NCBI GenBank assembly: GCA_041690595.1
Contig: JAWLHB010000012.1
Location: forward strand, 162,785 to 196,816
Source of the DNA: Lentisphaeria bacterium
Lineage (GTDB): Bacteria; Verrucomicrobiota; Lentisphaeria; JABSQK01; JAWLHB01
Reading direction: 5' to 3'
Length of the DNA stretch: 34,032 nt
A program made the position numbers and the translations under genes. The notes under the pieces were generated by a model. That model searched no databases, had not been told where the DNA came from, and was given only the letters and a program-made list of their open reading frames with translations. Of the stretch, positions 17,681 to 27,669 are shown piece by piece (the stretch's first letter is position 1; each line of letters starts with the position of its first letter).

Positions 17681-19282
17681 TTAGAGAATCCAGCCGAAGT
17701 TGTAGTTGTCGTGGCGCATCCCGTCGTAGGTGCGAAGGATATGTCGGGTTGGCCCCTCTTCCAGCTCGACGAGCGCCTCATCCATGGCGGCGCGGGAGTG
17801 AAGCGCCCGGATGGCGCGATGGGCATCCGGGGCATGGCCGAGACCATCCCACACCGTGAAACCACTCACCGGCCAGGCGGTGAGGCTTATCGCGTTGCGG
17901 AGCAGGTCGAGACCCTGCTTGTCCCGCCAGGTGTTGATGACCGGGAGGAGCTTGACCGGCGAACCGGCGACAAGGTCGGCGAAGCCCTGCATCTCCAGAG
18001 GAACGTCGGCAGCTCCCTCACCCCAGCGATAGGGGCGCAGAATGTCGATCAGCCCCTCATCGATCCAGCTCTTCAGGTCCAGGGCAAACGTCATGCATAG
18101 CCGCGGCGTGGCAGGGACGGTGGCGACGATGGGCGTACCCTCGGGAAGCGCGGCGCGCAGCTCGCGCATGTAGAGCGTGACGATCTCCGCACGCATGCCG
18201 AGCAGACGCGGGTCGTCCTCCGCCACCTCCGTGGCGGCTTCGCCATGCGCCGCGCGAAAGGCCTCGAGCAGAGGCTCTTCGTAAAGAACGAGTGGCAGCC
18301 CCCGCACAAAGACGTTGTCGACCCCATCCGCCCCCCATTCCACGCACTCCTGGAAGAGGCGGATGAACTGCTGGCGTACCTCAGGCCAGGCCATGCTCAG
18401 ACGACTTACCGTGGTGCCGTCTCGGTCGCGACAGCGGTACTCCGGATGCGCATCGAAGAAAGGCGAGCGCAGGGCGTCGTAGGGGGGCGGGCAATGGGAG
18501 TGAGCCATGCGGGCATAGGCGAAAGTGCGGATCCCCTGCGCCCGATTGAGCTGGGCGATGCGGGCTGGCACATTCAAACCGCTTTCCCGATCCCGCTGCA
18601 TGATCTCGATCGCCTGCCGGTAAACCGGACGAGGAAACGTACACAGCAGCAACTCCGCCAGCGGCAACCGCAGCTCGGGATGGCGCGTCGGATAATTGGC
18701 CATGCCGACGATGTTGGTGCCGTAGGAGACACCGTCGATGTCGAGCAGGGGATAGCCGCTGGCCTGCCAGGTGGCATCCGCGGCATCCCGAGCTTTGCCC
18801 CAGTTGCTGGGAAAGCCGTCATCGGTGATGTGGACCTGGAACTCGCGCGGATGCTCTGCCTGCGGCTCCGCCTGCCGCGCCATCACGTAGGCGATCGAGG
18901 CCCGATAGCCCCCTTCCTGACGGATCAGCAGGCGATCCCCCTTCTCGATCTTTACCCGCCGCCAGAAGACCTGCTGGATCGCCGCCTGGTCGCCGACGGG
19001 ACCGTGGCGCAGGCGCAGGAAGGCGCGTTCCCGCGCCAGCTTGAGTTGGATCCGGTCACAGAAGTTCTCATGCATGCCGATATGGATCTCCACTTCCCCT
19101 TCCATCGGCAGATCGATGGCGATATCGGGCGCGCCGGTATCGGGGTTGGCCATGGCCAGGATGCCGCTCACGGTGTCGGTCGTGTACTCCACAAACTGCC
19201 AGCGTCCCGGTCGAGACGTCGTGCTGCCGGCATGAGCGGGAATGACGGTGGTGAAGTCCGAAAGTATCCAGTCAGCGTTCAT
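17681..19282 (-). CDS. Glycosyl hydrolase-like family 10 (GHL10)-type protein
   Basis: Start MNADWILSDF at 19282 (GGAGG RBS, ATGA overlap). FFDAHPEYRC...LSMAWPEVR...GADGV, DLKSWIDEGLID; no signal peptide. Confidence 0.8.
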   Translation of the reverse strand: MNADWILSDFTTVIPAHAGSTTSRPGRWQFVEYTTDTVSGILAMANPDTGAPDIAIDLPMEGEVEIHIGMHENFCDRIQLKLARERAFLRLRHGPVGDQAAIQQVFWRRVKIEKGDRLLIRQEGGYRASIAYVMARQAEPQAEHPREFQVHITDDGFPSNWGKARDAADATWQASGYPLLDIDGVSYGTNIVGMANYPTRHPELRLPLAELLLCTFPRPVYRQAIEIMQRDRESGLNVPARIAQLNRAQGIRTFAYARMAHSHCPPPYDALRSPFFDAHPEYRCRDRDGTTVSRLSMAWPEVRQQFIRLFQECVEWGADGVDNVFVRGLPLVLYEEPLLEAFRAAHGEAATEVAEDDPRLLGMRAEIVTLYMRELRAALPEGTPIVATVPATPRLCMTFALDLKSWIDEGLIDILRPYRWGEGAADVPLEMQGFADLVAGSPVKLLPVINTWRDKQGLDLLRNAISLTAWPVSGFTVWDGLGHAPDAHRAIRALHSRAAMDEALVELEEGPTRHILRTYDGMRHDNYNFGWIL

Positions 19283-22200
19283 GGCGCCTCCTCGAGGGCA
19301 AGGACGAGGTCGATCTCGTGATGAAGGGGAAGCGGGGCGACGATCCAGTCGCCTTCGCGCGTGAAGGTCAGGTCGCCGGCATGGACGGCGCGCAGGGAAC
19401 CCAGTGGCCGATTGGCCGGCCAGCGGAGGCGCAGGCTCTCCTCCAGCAGCGGACGATAGGCGAAGTTGTTGAGGAGGATGGCGCTTCCTTCGGGCCGGTC
19501 GTACTGACGTGTCTCGACCAGGTGGTTCGAGTAGCGGTGGCCGCGGGCCTGCGCCAGGGGGGCGACGGGCAGGGCCAGCCGCTCGGCGTCTTCGCGCCGG
19601 TACTGTGAATAGGTCAGCTTGCCGTCGCCATTGGCCATGGGCGACATGGCGCGGAAGAGAACTCCCGGCAGCACGCCCCATGTATAGACCAGGCCCTTGC
19701 CGAGGGTGCGCCGTACCAGAGCAGGCGTTCCATCGTCGTACGTGGCCAGCGTCTCCAGCGGGACATCGCCCGTCGGCGTCAGCGCGAAGCGCAGCCCCAC
19801 TATCGGCCAGGAGCCGCCGTCGTCGAAATGCAGCGTGTCGAAGGGGGAATGGGCCTCGAGCTTGGACGGGGAGTAGTTGCCCTCACTGGCGCCGGTCAAT
19901 CGGGCACTGACGCCCAGAAGGTCCGCCGTCAGTCTCCCACGGCTGTTGAAGCGGTCGTACATGCCGGCACCGCCGGTGAAGACGACCGTGCCGCCGGCCT
20001 CGGCGAAGCGCCTCAAGCCCTCCACCAGCTCATCGCTCAGGTTAAAGCCGTTCACATAGATTGCCTTCCACGCTTCGGGTGGCTCACCGAGAAGATCCTC
20101 CTCGATGGCGATGGCAGTCGGCACGTTCGCTTGGGAAAGCCCCACCAGCAGGCTCGCCCGCTCGCTCTGCATCAGTTGACCATGCGACTCGTGCCAGACT
20201 TCGTGGTCGCGATTGTAGAGGATGGCGACGGGGGCGGCTTCGCGTTCACCTTCCGCGAGAAAGATGTCGCCCGCGCCGAGCGCCCGCAATCCCCGCGCAA
20301 TGGGACCATAGCGATCGTGGCGATCCGACCAGGAGTTCGCCGCGTCAGCCAGCGAGTAGGTTGGACCGTAGCTGTAAATGACCACGGTGTTGAGCCCGCG
20401 CGAAATGCAGCTTGCCTGCTGATGCCCGTTGCCCCAGACGGCATAGAAACCACCGTGCCCATCGCTGCCGCGCGCCGCGGCTTCCACCAGCGAAGCGTAG
20501 TAGGAGACGATCTGCAACCCCATGTAGAATCCCCAGTTGGACATCGATGCCCAGTCTTCCCCCCACGCCAGGGTGGTGCCCCCGCGCCGTGTCAGGTTGA
20601 ACCAGTCCGCATGGTTCATGGTGCCGCCGAAGATGACGGGATGCGGCGAGAAGTTGCAGTAGGTGCGGCAGTTGGGCATCAGCTCCTCGATCACCTCGGT
20701 AGCCACAGCGTAGAACTCCGCCGTGAAGTCGGCCATGAAGCGGCCGGAGGCATAGCGCAGCCGTCGATCGAAGAGGCTCTCCCCCTCTGACGACAATCGC
20801 ACATCCTCCCAACTGGCTGCGCCGAAGAAGGACGCATCGCCGAAATGCTCGCCGAGATACTGGTGGAAGCGCCGCAGGCAGTCACTGCAGCGGTTGATGT
20901 GGACGGGGCTGACGATGGCGCCGATCTCGTCGCCGAACTTCGCTTTGGTTACCTGCTCGGGTTCCCAGCCGCGACTGCGCAGTTGCTCGACCGTGCGCTC
21001 GAAGTGGGTGCGCAGGTTGCGCCGCGACAGGGGATCGATCGGACAATGCGTGCCGCTGTGAAAGAGCAGATCGTTATGCGCGGTAAAGGTCTCCTGGCGC
21101 ATGCCTTGCGCGGCCAGTTGAGTGGCGCTCAGTCCCCAGGCATGGGAGAGCCCCATCGTGCGCAACATCTCCGCCGTGGCCGTTGCGGCAGCGGGGTCGG
21201 GATTGGCCGATGTCGTCAGCACCAGAGCGTTGGCCTTGGGGGCATCCGGCAACTCCAGCTTCGCCAGTACCGCCTGCTGTTCGGCCACCACATCGAGGCT
21301 GTTGCGCATGGCTGCCAAGTATCCTGGGTCGCGCATGCCCCAGGCGATCGTCTCATCGTCCGACAGCTCGACCAGAGGGATCCGCGGGAGATAGAGGGGC
21401 AGCAGCAGGGTGGCGCGGGAGGCACCGGCGGCCACTGGCGCTTCCAAGGTCTTGGCGACGGCGCTTTCATGTGGATACCACGCCAGTTGCGCCTCGACCC
21501 GCATCGACCCGCCGGCTCCCTTGATCGTCAGGTGGCAGGTGACAAACGAGCCACGGCTGAGCAGCGAGGCGCTTCCATCCAGCCAGCGGCTCCATTCCCC
21601 CAGCTTCACCGGCGTGTCCTCCTCGCCCCCGAAATGCGGAGAGCGATCCAGCTCCCGCTCGATCGCCCAGTACCAATAGTCGGTCGTGTCGCCGTGCAGG
21701 GCATGCGGGCTGTGGTAGGTGAGGTTGTTGGCGAAAGAGATTTCGCCGGCCTCCTCGGCTTCCACCACGCGGAAGCGCAGATAGGTGCGCCCCAGTGTAT
21801 TGTCCGGCAGAGGCAGGGCTTTGCTGGGCCGGAAATCGCGGCTGCGGGTGATCATCAGCGCGTCGACCCGCACCGTCCCCGGCTTGGCGCGCAGCCGCAG
21901 TGGCTGCCGTCCCGCTGCAAGCTCCACGTCCCGATACTCCCAGATGAGGGTCGGCTGCCGCGGCGGGGCCAGCCGGGCGATATCGCTCTCGAAGCGGATG
22001 GGGCGGCTCTTCTCCTGGTCGGTGCCCGACTCGTGGCTCGAAAGCCCGCGCTCGTGGTACGTCAGCTTCGCGTCGCCGATCTCGACATGCAGCGGATGCC
22101 CCTGGCCGATCCCGGCGAGATAGCAGAGCCAGACCCGGTAGCTTGCAGCCTCCGGTACGTCGACCCTGCTTTCGAGGGTGGCTTCGCTCAGCGGGCGTAC

Positions 22201-22488
22201 CGTGAGCCGTGTACGTCCGACGAATGACTTGAGGTGATCGTAGCCGGGCTCGATGACGACCTTCCACCCTTCGGCCGCTTCCTCTTTCGCCCCGACCACG
22301 CCGGGCCAGGTGGCGATTTCCGTCAGATAGCTCTCCCCGAGAAGATCGAAGTCATGGCTCTCGCTGCCGGGTTCTTCCAATGTGAAGGTATCCTCCGCTT
22401 CACCAAAGAGATCCTGAGCGCTGATCGGCATCAGTGGGATGGAAAGGGCGAGAAGGGAGAGCAGGAGAGGGTGCACAGTCGCGCGCAT
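19279..22488 (-). CDS. Secreted GH42-like protein with beta-galactosidase trimerisation domain
   Basis: Start MRATVHPLLLSLLALS at 22488; FGDEI and WGEDW putative catalytic motifs; APVAILY, LRRFAEAGGTVVFTGGAGMYD, RTLGKG. Confidence 0.8.
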   Translation of the reverse strand: MRATVHPLLLSLLALSIPLMPISAQDLFGEAEDTFTLEEPGSESHDFDLLGESYLTEIATWPGVVGAKEEAAEGWKVVIEPGYDHLKSFVGRTRLTVRPLSEATLESRVDVPEAASYRVWLCYLAGIGQGHPLHVEIGDAKLTYHERGLSSHESGTDQEKSRPIRFESDIARLAPPRQPTLIWEYRDVELAAGRQPLRLRAKPGTVRVDALMITRSRDFRPSKALPLPDNTLGRTYLRFRVVEAEEAGEISFANNLTYHSPHALHGDTTDYWYWAIERELDRSPHFGGEEDTPVKLGEWSRWLDGSASLLSRGSFVTCHLTIKGAGGSMRVEAQLAWYPHESAVAKTLEAPVAAGASRATLLLPLYLPRIPLVELSDDETIAWGMRDPGYLAAMRNSLDVVAEQQAVLAKLELPDAPKANALVLTTSANPDPAAATATAEMLRTMGLSHAWGLSATQLAAQGMRQETFTAHNDLLFHSGTHCPIDPLSRRNLRTHFERTVEQLRSRGWEPEQVTKAKFGDEIGAIVSPVHINRCSDCLRRFHQYLGEHFGDASFFGAASWEDVRLSSEGESLFDRRLRYASGRFMADFTAEFYAVATEVIEELMPNCRTYCNFSPHPVIFGGTMNHADWFNLTRRGGTTLAWGEDWASMSNWGFYMGLQIVSYYASLVEAAARGSDGHGGFYAVWGNGHQQASCISRGLNTVVIYSYGPTYSLADAANSWSDRHDRYGPIARGLRALGAGDIFLAEGEREAAPVAILYNRDHEVWHESHGQLMQSERASLLVGLSQANVPTAIAIEEDLLGEPPEAWKAIYVNGFNLSDELVEGLRRFAEAGGTVVFTGGAGMYDRFNSRGRLTADLLGVSARLTGASEGNYSPSKLEAHSPFDTLHFDDGGSWPIVGLRFALTPTGDVPLETLATYDDGTPALVRRTLGKGLVYTWGVLPGVLFRAMSPMANGDGKLTYSQYRREDAERLALPVAPLAQARGHRYSNHLVETRQYDRPEGSAILLNNFAYRPLLEESLRLRWPANRPLGSLRAVHAGDLTFTREGDWIVAPLPLHHEIDLVLALEEAP

Positions 22489-22529
22489 TATCAGCCTCGA
22501 GCTGAAAGGTGAAGGGGCGGTGCCGCTGA

Positions 22530-22580
22530 AGTATACTGAAACTACTGAAGAGTATACTCGCTTTGAGTGCTTCCCGCCAA
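22530..22580. promoter_or_regulatory. Divergent promoter region with two AGTATACT palindromes
   Basis: AGTATACT at 22530-22537 and 22551-22558 (21 bp apart); minus strand TTGGCG, 18 bp, TATACT; repeated CTGAA. Confidence 0.55.
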
Positions 22581-22680
22581 CCCCCAGAGCACCGCGAGCA
22601 CCGGAAAAATCGCTGGAACCGCGGAGACTTGACGCTATGGTATGGCCAAAACCGCGCTCACAACAACAAGGAAGGCGACC

Positions 22681-23871
22681 ATGGCGACACAAAGCTGGGT
22701 GTTGACGGATACGGAGAATGGAATCTGGCAGGATAGCTTCTCCCTCGGGCCGGAGGATATTGGTCTCGATACCGATGCCAACTGGTATGTGACCAAGCGT
22801 ACCTTGCGTGGCGGCTTGTGTGATGGCGTCGACATGATCTGGGTGAACAATGGCCACTTTGCCTTCGCCATCCTGCCGACGCGCGGCATGGGTATCTGGC
22901 GCGGCCGCTGCGGCGATCTCCCGGTCGGCTGGCAGTCACCCGTTCGCGGACCGGTCAATCCGGCCTTCATCAACCTGATGGAACGGGGCGGCCTGGGCTG
23001 GCTCAACGGCTTCGACGAGATGATTGTGCGCTGTGGCCTGGACTGGACCGGCGGGCCGGGCAATGATATTGCCGCCAACAACATGGGCGAGCCGGTGGAG
23101 ATGCCCAACACGCTGCACGGCCATATCGCCAACCTTCCCGCGCATCGCGTCGAGGTCCAGGTCATCCCCGGCGACCCGGCGCAGATCGTTATCCTTGGAG
23201 AGGTCGACGAATCGGCACTCTTCCTCCCTCAGTTCCGCCTGCGTACGCGCATCTCGACCCAGCTCGGCCAGTGTGGCTTCACCATCGAGGACGAAGTCGT
23301 CAACCAGCGGGCCGTTCCCGCCGAGATGGAGCTGCTTTATCACTGCAACTTCGGCCCGCCCTTCCTGGAAGAGGGAGCCGAGCTGCGGCTCCCCAGCCGC
23401 CTGATTGCCCCACGGGATGCGCATGCGGCCGAGGAAGCCGACACGAGCGAGCGCTACGCCGGCCCCGCCGCCGGCTATGTCGAGCGTTGCTACTGGTATG
23501 AACCGTTGGGGGATGCGAATGGCGACAGCCTCGCGATGCTTCACAATGCAGCCGGCGACAAGGCGGTGGTGGTTCGCTTCAACGTCGCGCAACTGCCCTG
23601 CTTCACCCAGTGGAAGAATCTGGCGGCGGAGTCCGATGGCTATGTCACGGGGCTGGAGCCAGGCACCGACTATCCGAACCCCAAGCCGTTCGAGCGCCGG
23701 CAGGGGCGGGTGGCGGTCATTCCAGCCGGCGGCAGCCATCGTGCCCGCCTGGATATCGAGGTGCTGAACAGCGCGGCGAAGGTGGCGGCGGGGAAGGCCG
23801 AGATCGCGGCGATTCAGGGCAGGCAAGCCTGCGAACGCTGTTCCGCGCCCATGGCGAATCTGACGCCGTAG
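22681..23871 (+). CDS. DUF4432 / aldose 1-epimerase-family protein
   Basis: ILPTRGMGIW, GWQSPVRGPVNP, LHGHIAN, LLYHCNFG, FTQWKN, YVTGLEPGT; AAGGAAGG RBS before ATG 22681. Confidence 0.9.
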   Translation: MATQSWVLTDTENGIWQDSFSLGPEDIGLDTDANWYVTKRTLRGGLCDGVDMIWVNNGHFAFAILPTRGMGIWRGRCGDLPVGWQSPVRGPVNPAFINLMERGGLGWLNGFDEMIVRCGLDWTGGPGNDIAANNMGEPVEMPNTLHGHIANLPAHRVEVQVIPGDPAQIVILGEVDESALFLPQFRLRTRISTQLGQCGFTIEDEVVNQRAVPAEMELLYHCNFGPPFLEEGAELRLPSRLIAPRDAHAAEEADTSERYAGPAAGYVERCYWYEPLGDANGDSLAMLHNAAGDKAVVVRFNVAQLPCFTQWKNLAAESDGYVTGLEPGTDYPNPKPFERRQGRVAVIPAGGSHRARLDIEVLNSAAKVAAGKAEIAAIQGRQACERCSAPMANLTP

Positions 23872-23879
23872 GCGGCTGC

Positions 23880-26621
23880 TCAGGGCGAAGGATCGGTGGC
23901 CTCGGCAATCCGCTTCTCGGCGTGCGTCATCCACGGCGAATCCGGGTAGGCGTCGCGCAGGGTCTTCATCAGAGAAGCGATTCTGGGAGATTCATTCCCC
24001 TCGGCGTTGAGGTAGGCGTCGATGGCGTGATAGAGCGCCTTGGAGGTGATCTCGCTGTAGTCGTAATTGCTCTCGACGCTTGCAAAGGCGGCGGCGGCAT
24101 CGGCCCACGCACCGCGGGCGGCGAAGATGGTGCCGAGGTTGAACTGCGCCTTGGCCGCTTCGGGACCTTCCGTATTGGCAATGGTCTCGCGGAAGGCGGT
24201 CACCGCCTTATCGGTCTCGCCGATCGCCTTGTAGGCGAGCCCCTGGCGGAAGGCGAGGAGATAATGCTGCGTGGAGTTGGGGAACTCCTTTCGCATCTGG
24301 TCCGCGACTTCGATCAGTTTCTGCCAGTCGCGAGTGGCGACCAGCAGGTCGCTGTAGAGGTGGAGCAGCGGTTCCCGCAGATCGGGCTGCGCTTTCCCAA
24401 GGGCGCTTTCCAGTATCTGCCGAGCCTCCTCGAAATGGCCGTTATCACTGAGAATGGAAGCAAGCCGGAGGGCGCTGTCCGCGTAGTAGGCGCCATCCGG
24501 GAAGCGCCGAATCACCTGGCGGAAGGCGGCTTCCGCGGCTTTCGCATCGTTCTGCTGGACGGCGCTCCATCCCAGCATGTAAAGCACCCGCTCGCCCAGC
24601 GTGCCATCGGCCTGTTCGAGCTGCTTGAAAAGGGCCGCGGCGGCTTCAAATCGATCCTGTTCGTAAAGGATCTCGGCTTGCTGCAGGATCGCGTCGAATC
24701 CCATCTCCCGATCCGGCTTGTGCTTGGCCACCTGGGCGAAGGCGCTGGCGGCCGCATCCCCCTTGCCCTGACGACGCAGACTCCAGCCCAGACCGTACCA
24801 GGCCGCGGCGGCGGTCAGCGGATCCAGCTTCTCCTGAAGGACTTCACGATAACCGGCTTCGGCTTCCGCCAGTTGTCCGGAATCGAGCAGCCGCTCGATC
24901 GCCTGCAGGCGCATGAGCCCATAGCGGCTCCCCTGCGGGAAACGCTCGCGATAAGCGGCAAGATTCTCAGCGGCCTTGTCGCCGGTATAAAGAAAGGCCA
25001 GCCGCAGGAAAGCTTTCTCGACCAGTTCGGTCGTCTCGCCCCCGGCGATCAGGTTCTCGTAATGCTCCATGGCGGCTTCCGCGTCGCCCAGCCGTTCGGC
25101 AGTCACGCCGGCCATGTAACGAGCTTCCGCGCTGTACCGGCTCTCCAACTCCGCGAGCTGCTGAAAGCGTGCCCGGCTCTCCTCATGATTCTTGAGTTCG
25201 AACTCCGTCCATCCCAGGCGATAGAGGAGGTGGGGCAGTTCCGTCGGCGTGCTGCTTTCCACCAACTGCGCCAGGTGTTCCCGGGCCGCCTGCCACTGGC
25301 CCCGCAGATAGAGATATTCGGCGAGCGCTACCTGCGCATGGCGGCGAAGCTCCGGAGGTGGATCCCCCGCGAGGAGGCGCCGCAGAGTATCCATCGCCTC
25401 CGTCGTCTGGCCGATGGCGTGCTGGGCGACTGCCTGCGCGAAGAGGGCATTCGGCAGATGGCTCGACTCCGGATAGGCGGCCACAAACTGCTGGTAGGCG
25501 GCAACGGCTTCGGTAAAGGCTTCGCGTGCCGACATGGACTGCGCACGGGTGAAGCTGGCCACTTCCAGGGTATTGGCCGGGATGTCGTCCCCCGCGAGGA
25601 GGGAACTGAGTTCCTTCTCCGCCAACTCATGCTGCCCAGCCTGGAAGGCGGCGGTGCCGAGCCAGAGGCGCATCTCTTTCGCCTCCTCGCTCTCAGGCGC
25701 CAGCTTGCGCAGCTGGATGAAAGCGGAGACGGCCTGATCGGCGTGGCCAAGATTGTAGAGGACGATCCCAGCGTTGTAGAGGGCATTGCCGACGAACTGC
25801 CCCCGCGGGAACTCTTCGGCATACTCCAGGAAGGTTGCTGACGCGGCAGCCTGCTGATCCGCCTCCAGTTGCGCCCAGGCCAGGCGGATCAGAACATCGT
25901 CATCCTTGGGATGCTCCTCGCGCATGCCGCGCAGCAGGGTGACGGCATCCGCGGCGCGACCGGATTGCATGTAGGCATCGCCAAGCAGGATCTGCGCCCG
26001 CTTCTTCACGTCGGGCGCTGGATCCGCGGCCAGCAGCTCCCGTAGCGGCTCGATGGCTTGCTCGTGCTGATTCGCGGCGGAGAGCGCATAGCCGATCGTG
26101 AAGAGAATGTCGATCCGCTGGGCATGCTCCGGATGGGCGGCCAGCAGCTCGCGATAGTGGGCCGCCGCCTCGACAAACCGGTCACGGCGCATGAGCGCCT
26201 CGCCGATCCCCAGCGATGCTTCTTGCCGGATCCCTTCATCGCCACCGACGACGGCCTGACGGAAGGCCTTCTCCGCCGCCTCCGCCTGCTCCAGTTGCAG
26301 ACGTATACGACCAAGGTTGTGCCAGGCAATCGGCGTCTCGGGCGCCTCGGGATACTGGTCGAGAGCCCGCTCGTAAGCGGCCGCGGCCTCCTCGTACTTC
26401 TCGAGCTGGAAGAGGGCCTCGCCTATCCGGTAGGCGGCCGGAACTCGTCGGGAATCTTCCGGGTAGCTTGCCAGGAAGGCCTCGAACTGCTCGGCGGCGG
26501 CGGCAAACTCGTGCTCGCGGAACTTCGCCTCGGCGGCACGGAAGGCGTCGATGGCGGTTTCAGCCACCAGAGGCAGGCTGAAAAGGGTCAGGAAGAGGAT
26601 GCTGCAGGCTCGTAAGATCAT
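23880..26621 (-). CDS. Large secreted tetratricopeptide-repeat protein
   Basis: Signal MILRACSILFLTLFSLPLVA; many TPR units (AAYRIGEALFQLEKYEEA, ALYNAG, LYRLGW); CpoB-like end YPDSPW. Confidence 0.9.
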   Translation of the reverse strand: MILRACSILFLTLFSLPLVAETAIDAFRAAEAKFREHEFAAAAEQFEAFLASYPEDSRRVPAAYRIGEALFQLEKYEEAAAAYERALDQYPEAPETPIAWHNLGRIRLQLEQAEAAEKAFRQAVVGGDEGIRQEASLGIGEALMRRDRFVEAAAHYRELLAAHPEHAQRIDILFTIGYALSAANQHEQAIEPLRELLAADPAPDVKKRAQILLGDAYMQSGRAADAVTLLRGMREEHPKDDDVLIRLAWAQLEADQQAAASATFLEYAEEFPRGQFVGNALYNAGIVLYNLGHADQAVSAFIQLRKLAPESEEAKEMRLWLGTAAFQAGQHELAEKELSSLLAGDDIPANTLEVASFTRAQSMSAREAFTEAVAAYQQFVAAYPESSHLPNALFAQAVAQHAIGQTTEAMDTLRRLLAGDPPPELRRHAQVALAEYLYLRGQWQAAREHLAQLVESSTPTELPHLLYRLGWTEFELKNHEESRARFQQLAELESRYSAEARYMAGVTAERLGDAEAAMEHYENLIAGGETTELVEKAFLRLAFLYTGDKAAENLAAYRERFPQGSRYGLMRLQAIERLLDSGQLAEAEAGYREVLQEKLDPLTAAAAWYGLGWSLRRQGKGDAAASAFAQVAKHKPDREMGFDAILQQAEILYEQDRFEAAAALFKQLEQADGTLGERVLYMLGWSAVQQNDAKAAEAAFRQVIRRFPDGAYYADSALRLASILSDNGHFEEARQILESALGKAQPDLREPLLHLYSDLLVATRDWQKLIEVADQMRKEFPNSTQHYLLAFRQGLAYKAIGETDKAVTAFRETIANTEGPEAAKAQFNLGTIFAARGAWADAAAAFASVESNYDYSEITSKALYHAIDAYLNAEGNESPRIASLMKTLRDAYPDSPWMTHAEKRIAEATDPSP

Positions 26622-26685
26622 GGCGACGACGTCTCGGGCGCTGAAGGTGCGTGGTATCGATATGACATAAGCCAACCTAGATAAG

Positions 26686-27669
26686 CTACCAGTGAGTGGG
26701 AGATTGGTCAACCGCGAGGGGCTCCTCCTCCGCCAGAAGACTCACCAGGCGATGCGTCCAGGTGAGCTCGGGAAGGTGCCGCACGACTGCGGCGAGGCGC
26801 CGCAGGGCCAGCGGAATAAAGGCCAGGTATCGCTCCTTGCCATCGACCCGAGACAGCTTTCCATAGGCGCCGAGGGCCTGCATCAGGCGCTGCGCCGCAC
26901 AGGCATGGTAGGCATGCGCGTCGAGCCTCGTCGCTTGCAGAAAGTGGGCAAGCAGGGGCTCCGTCATGGTATCGTCGAGCATCGGCATGTAGGGGTCGCA
27001 GAGCAGGGAGGCCAGGTCATAAGCAATGGGGCCCGGCCTCGCCCCCTGATAGTCGACAAAACGGATGCGCCCATCATGCACGAGAATGTTTTCCGATTGG
27101 AAGTCGCGATGCATCCAGACTTTGGGAAGAGCGTCCACCGTTGCGGCAAGGGCGCGACGATCGGCCTCCCACTCCAGCGTCAGCAGATCCGCCCGCCCAC
27201 AATGGCCGGCCACGATGTGGGTGGCGAAATAGTTGCTCTCCCAGAGGAGCAGCTCTTCGTTCATGACGCGGCTGCCCAGCACGGCGTTTCCCTGCCATTC
27301 GGCTTGCTGCCAGTGAAGGAGCGCATCGACAGTCTGCGCGTAAAGGCCGGCCATGTCGATCCTGCCGGCGCAGCTCTTGAGGGTCAGTGGGCCAAGATCC
27401 TCTTCGAGAATCATGCCACAGGCTTCGTCACGCGCCAGGATGCGGGGCAGCTGCGGCATGGCATCGATCAACGCGTCGTGGATGGCCAGGCAGTAGCGCC
27501 AGTCGGGATCCGCGGCAGTCCATACCATCACGATGAGCGTCATCTCCTGCTGGCGTGCCCGCAGGAAGTGGCGCTGTGAGCCGGCATGCCCAGCCATCTC
27601 GAGCATCCAGCCGCCCGCCGGCAGCTCGGGCAGCATGCGGGCCAGAAATGTGCGTACTTCAGTCTCCAA
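26686..27669 (-). CDS. amgK: APH-family phosphotransferase, AmgK-like MurNAc/GlcNAc anomeric kinase
   Basis: GSQRHFLR, ILEEDLG, MHRDFQSENIL, DYQGARPGPIAYDLASLLCD, QRLMQALGAYG...GKERYL; TTG start with GGAGG RBS, overlapping the NTP-transferase gene. Confidence 0.75.
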   Translation of the reverse strand: METEVRTFLARMLPELPAGGWMLEMAGHAGSQRHFLRARQQEMTLIVMVWTAADPDWRYCLAIHDALIDAMPQLPRILARDEACGMILEEDLGPLTLKSCAGRIDMAGLYAQTVDALLHWQQAEWQGNAVLGSRVMNEELLLWESNYFATHIVAGHCGRADLLTLEWEADRRALAATVDALPKVWMHRDFQSENILVHDGRIRFVDYQGARPGPIAYDLASLLCDPYMPMLDDTMTEPLLAHFLQATRLDAHAYHACAAQRLMQALGAYGKLSRVDGKERYLAFIPLALRRLAAVVRHLPELTWTHRLVSLLAEEEPLAVDQSPTHW

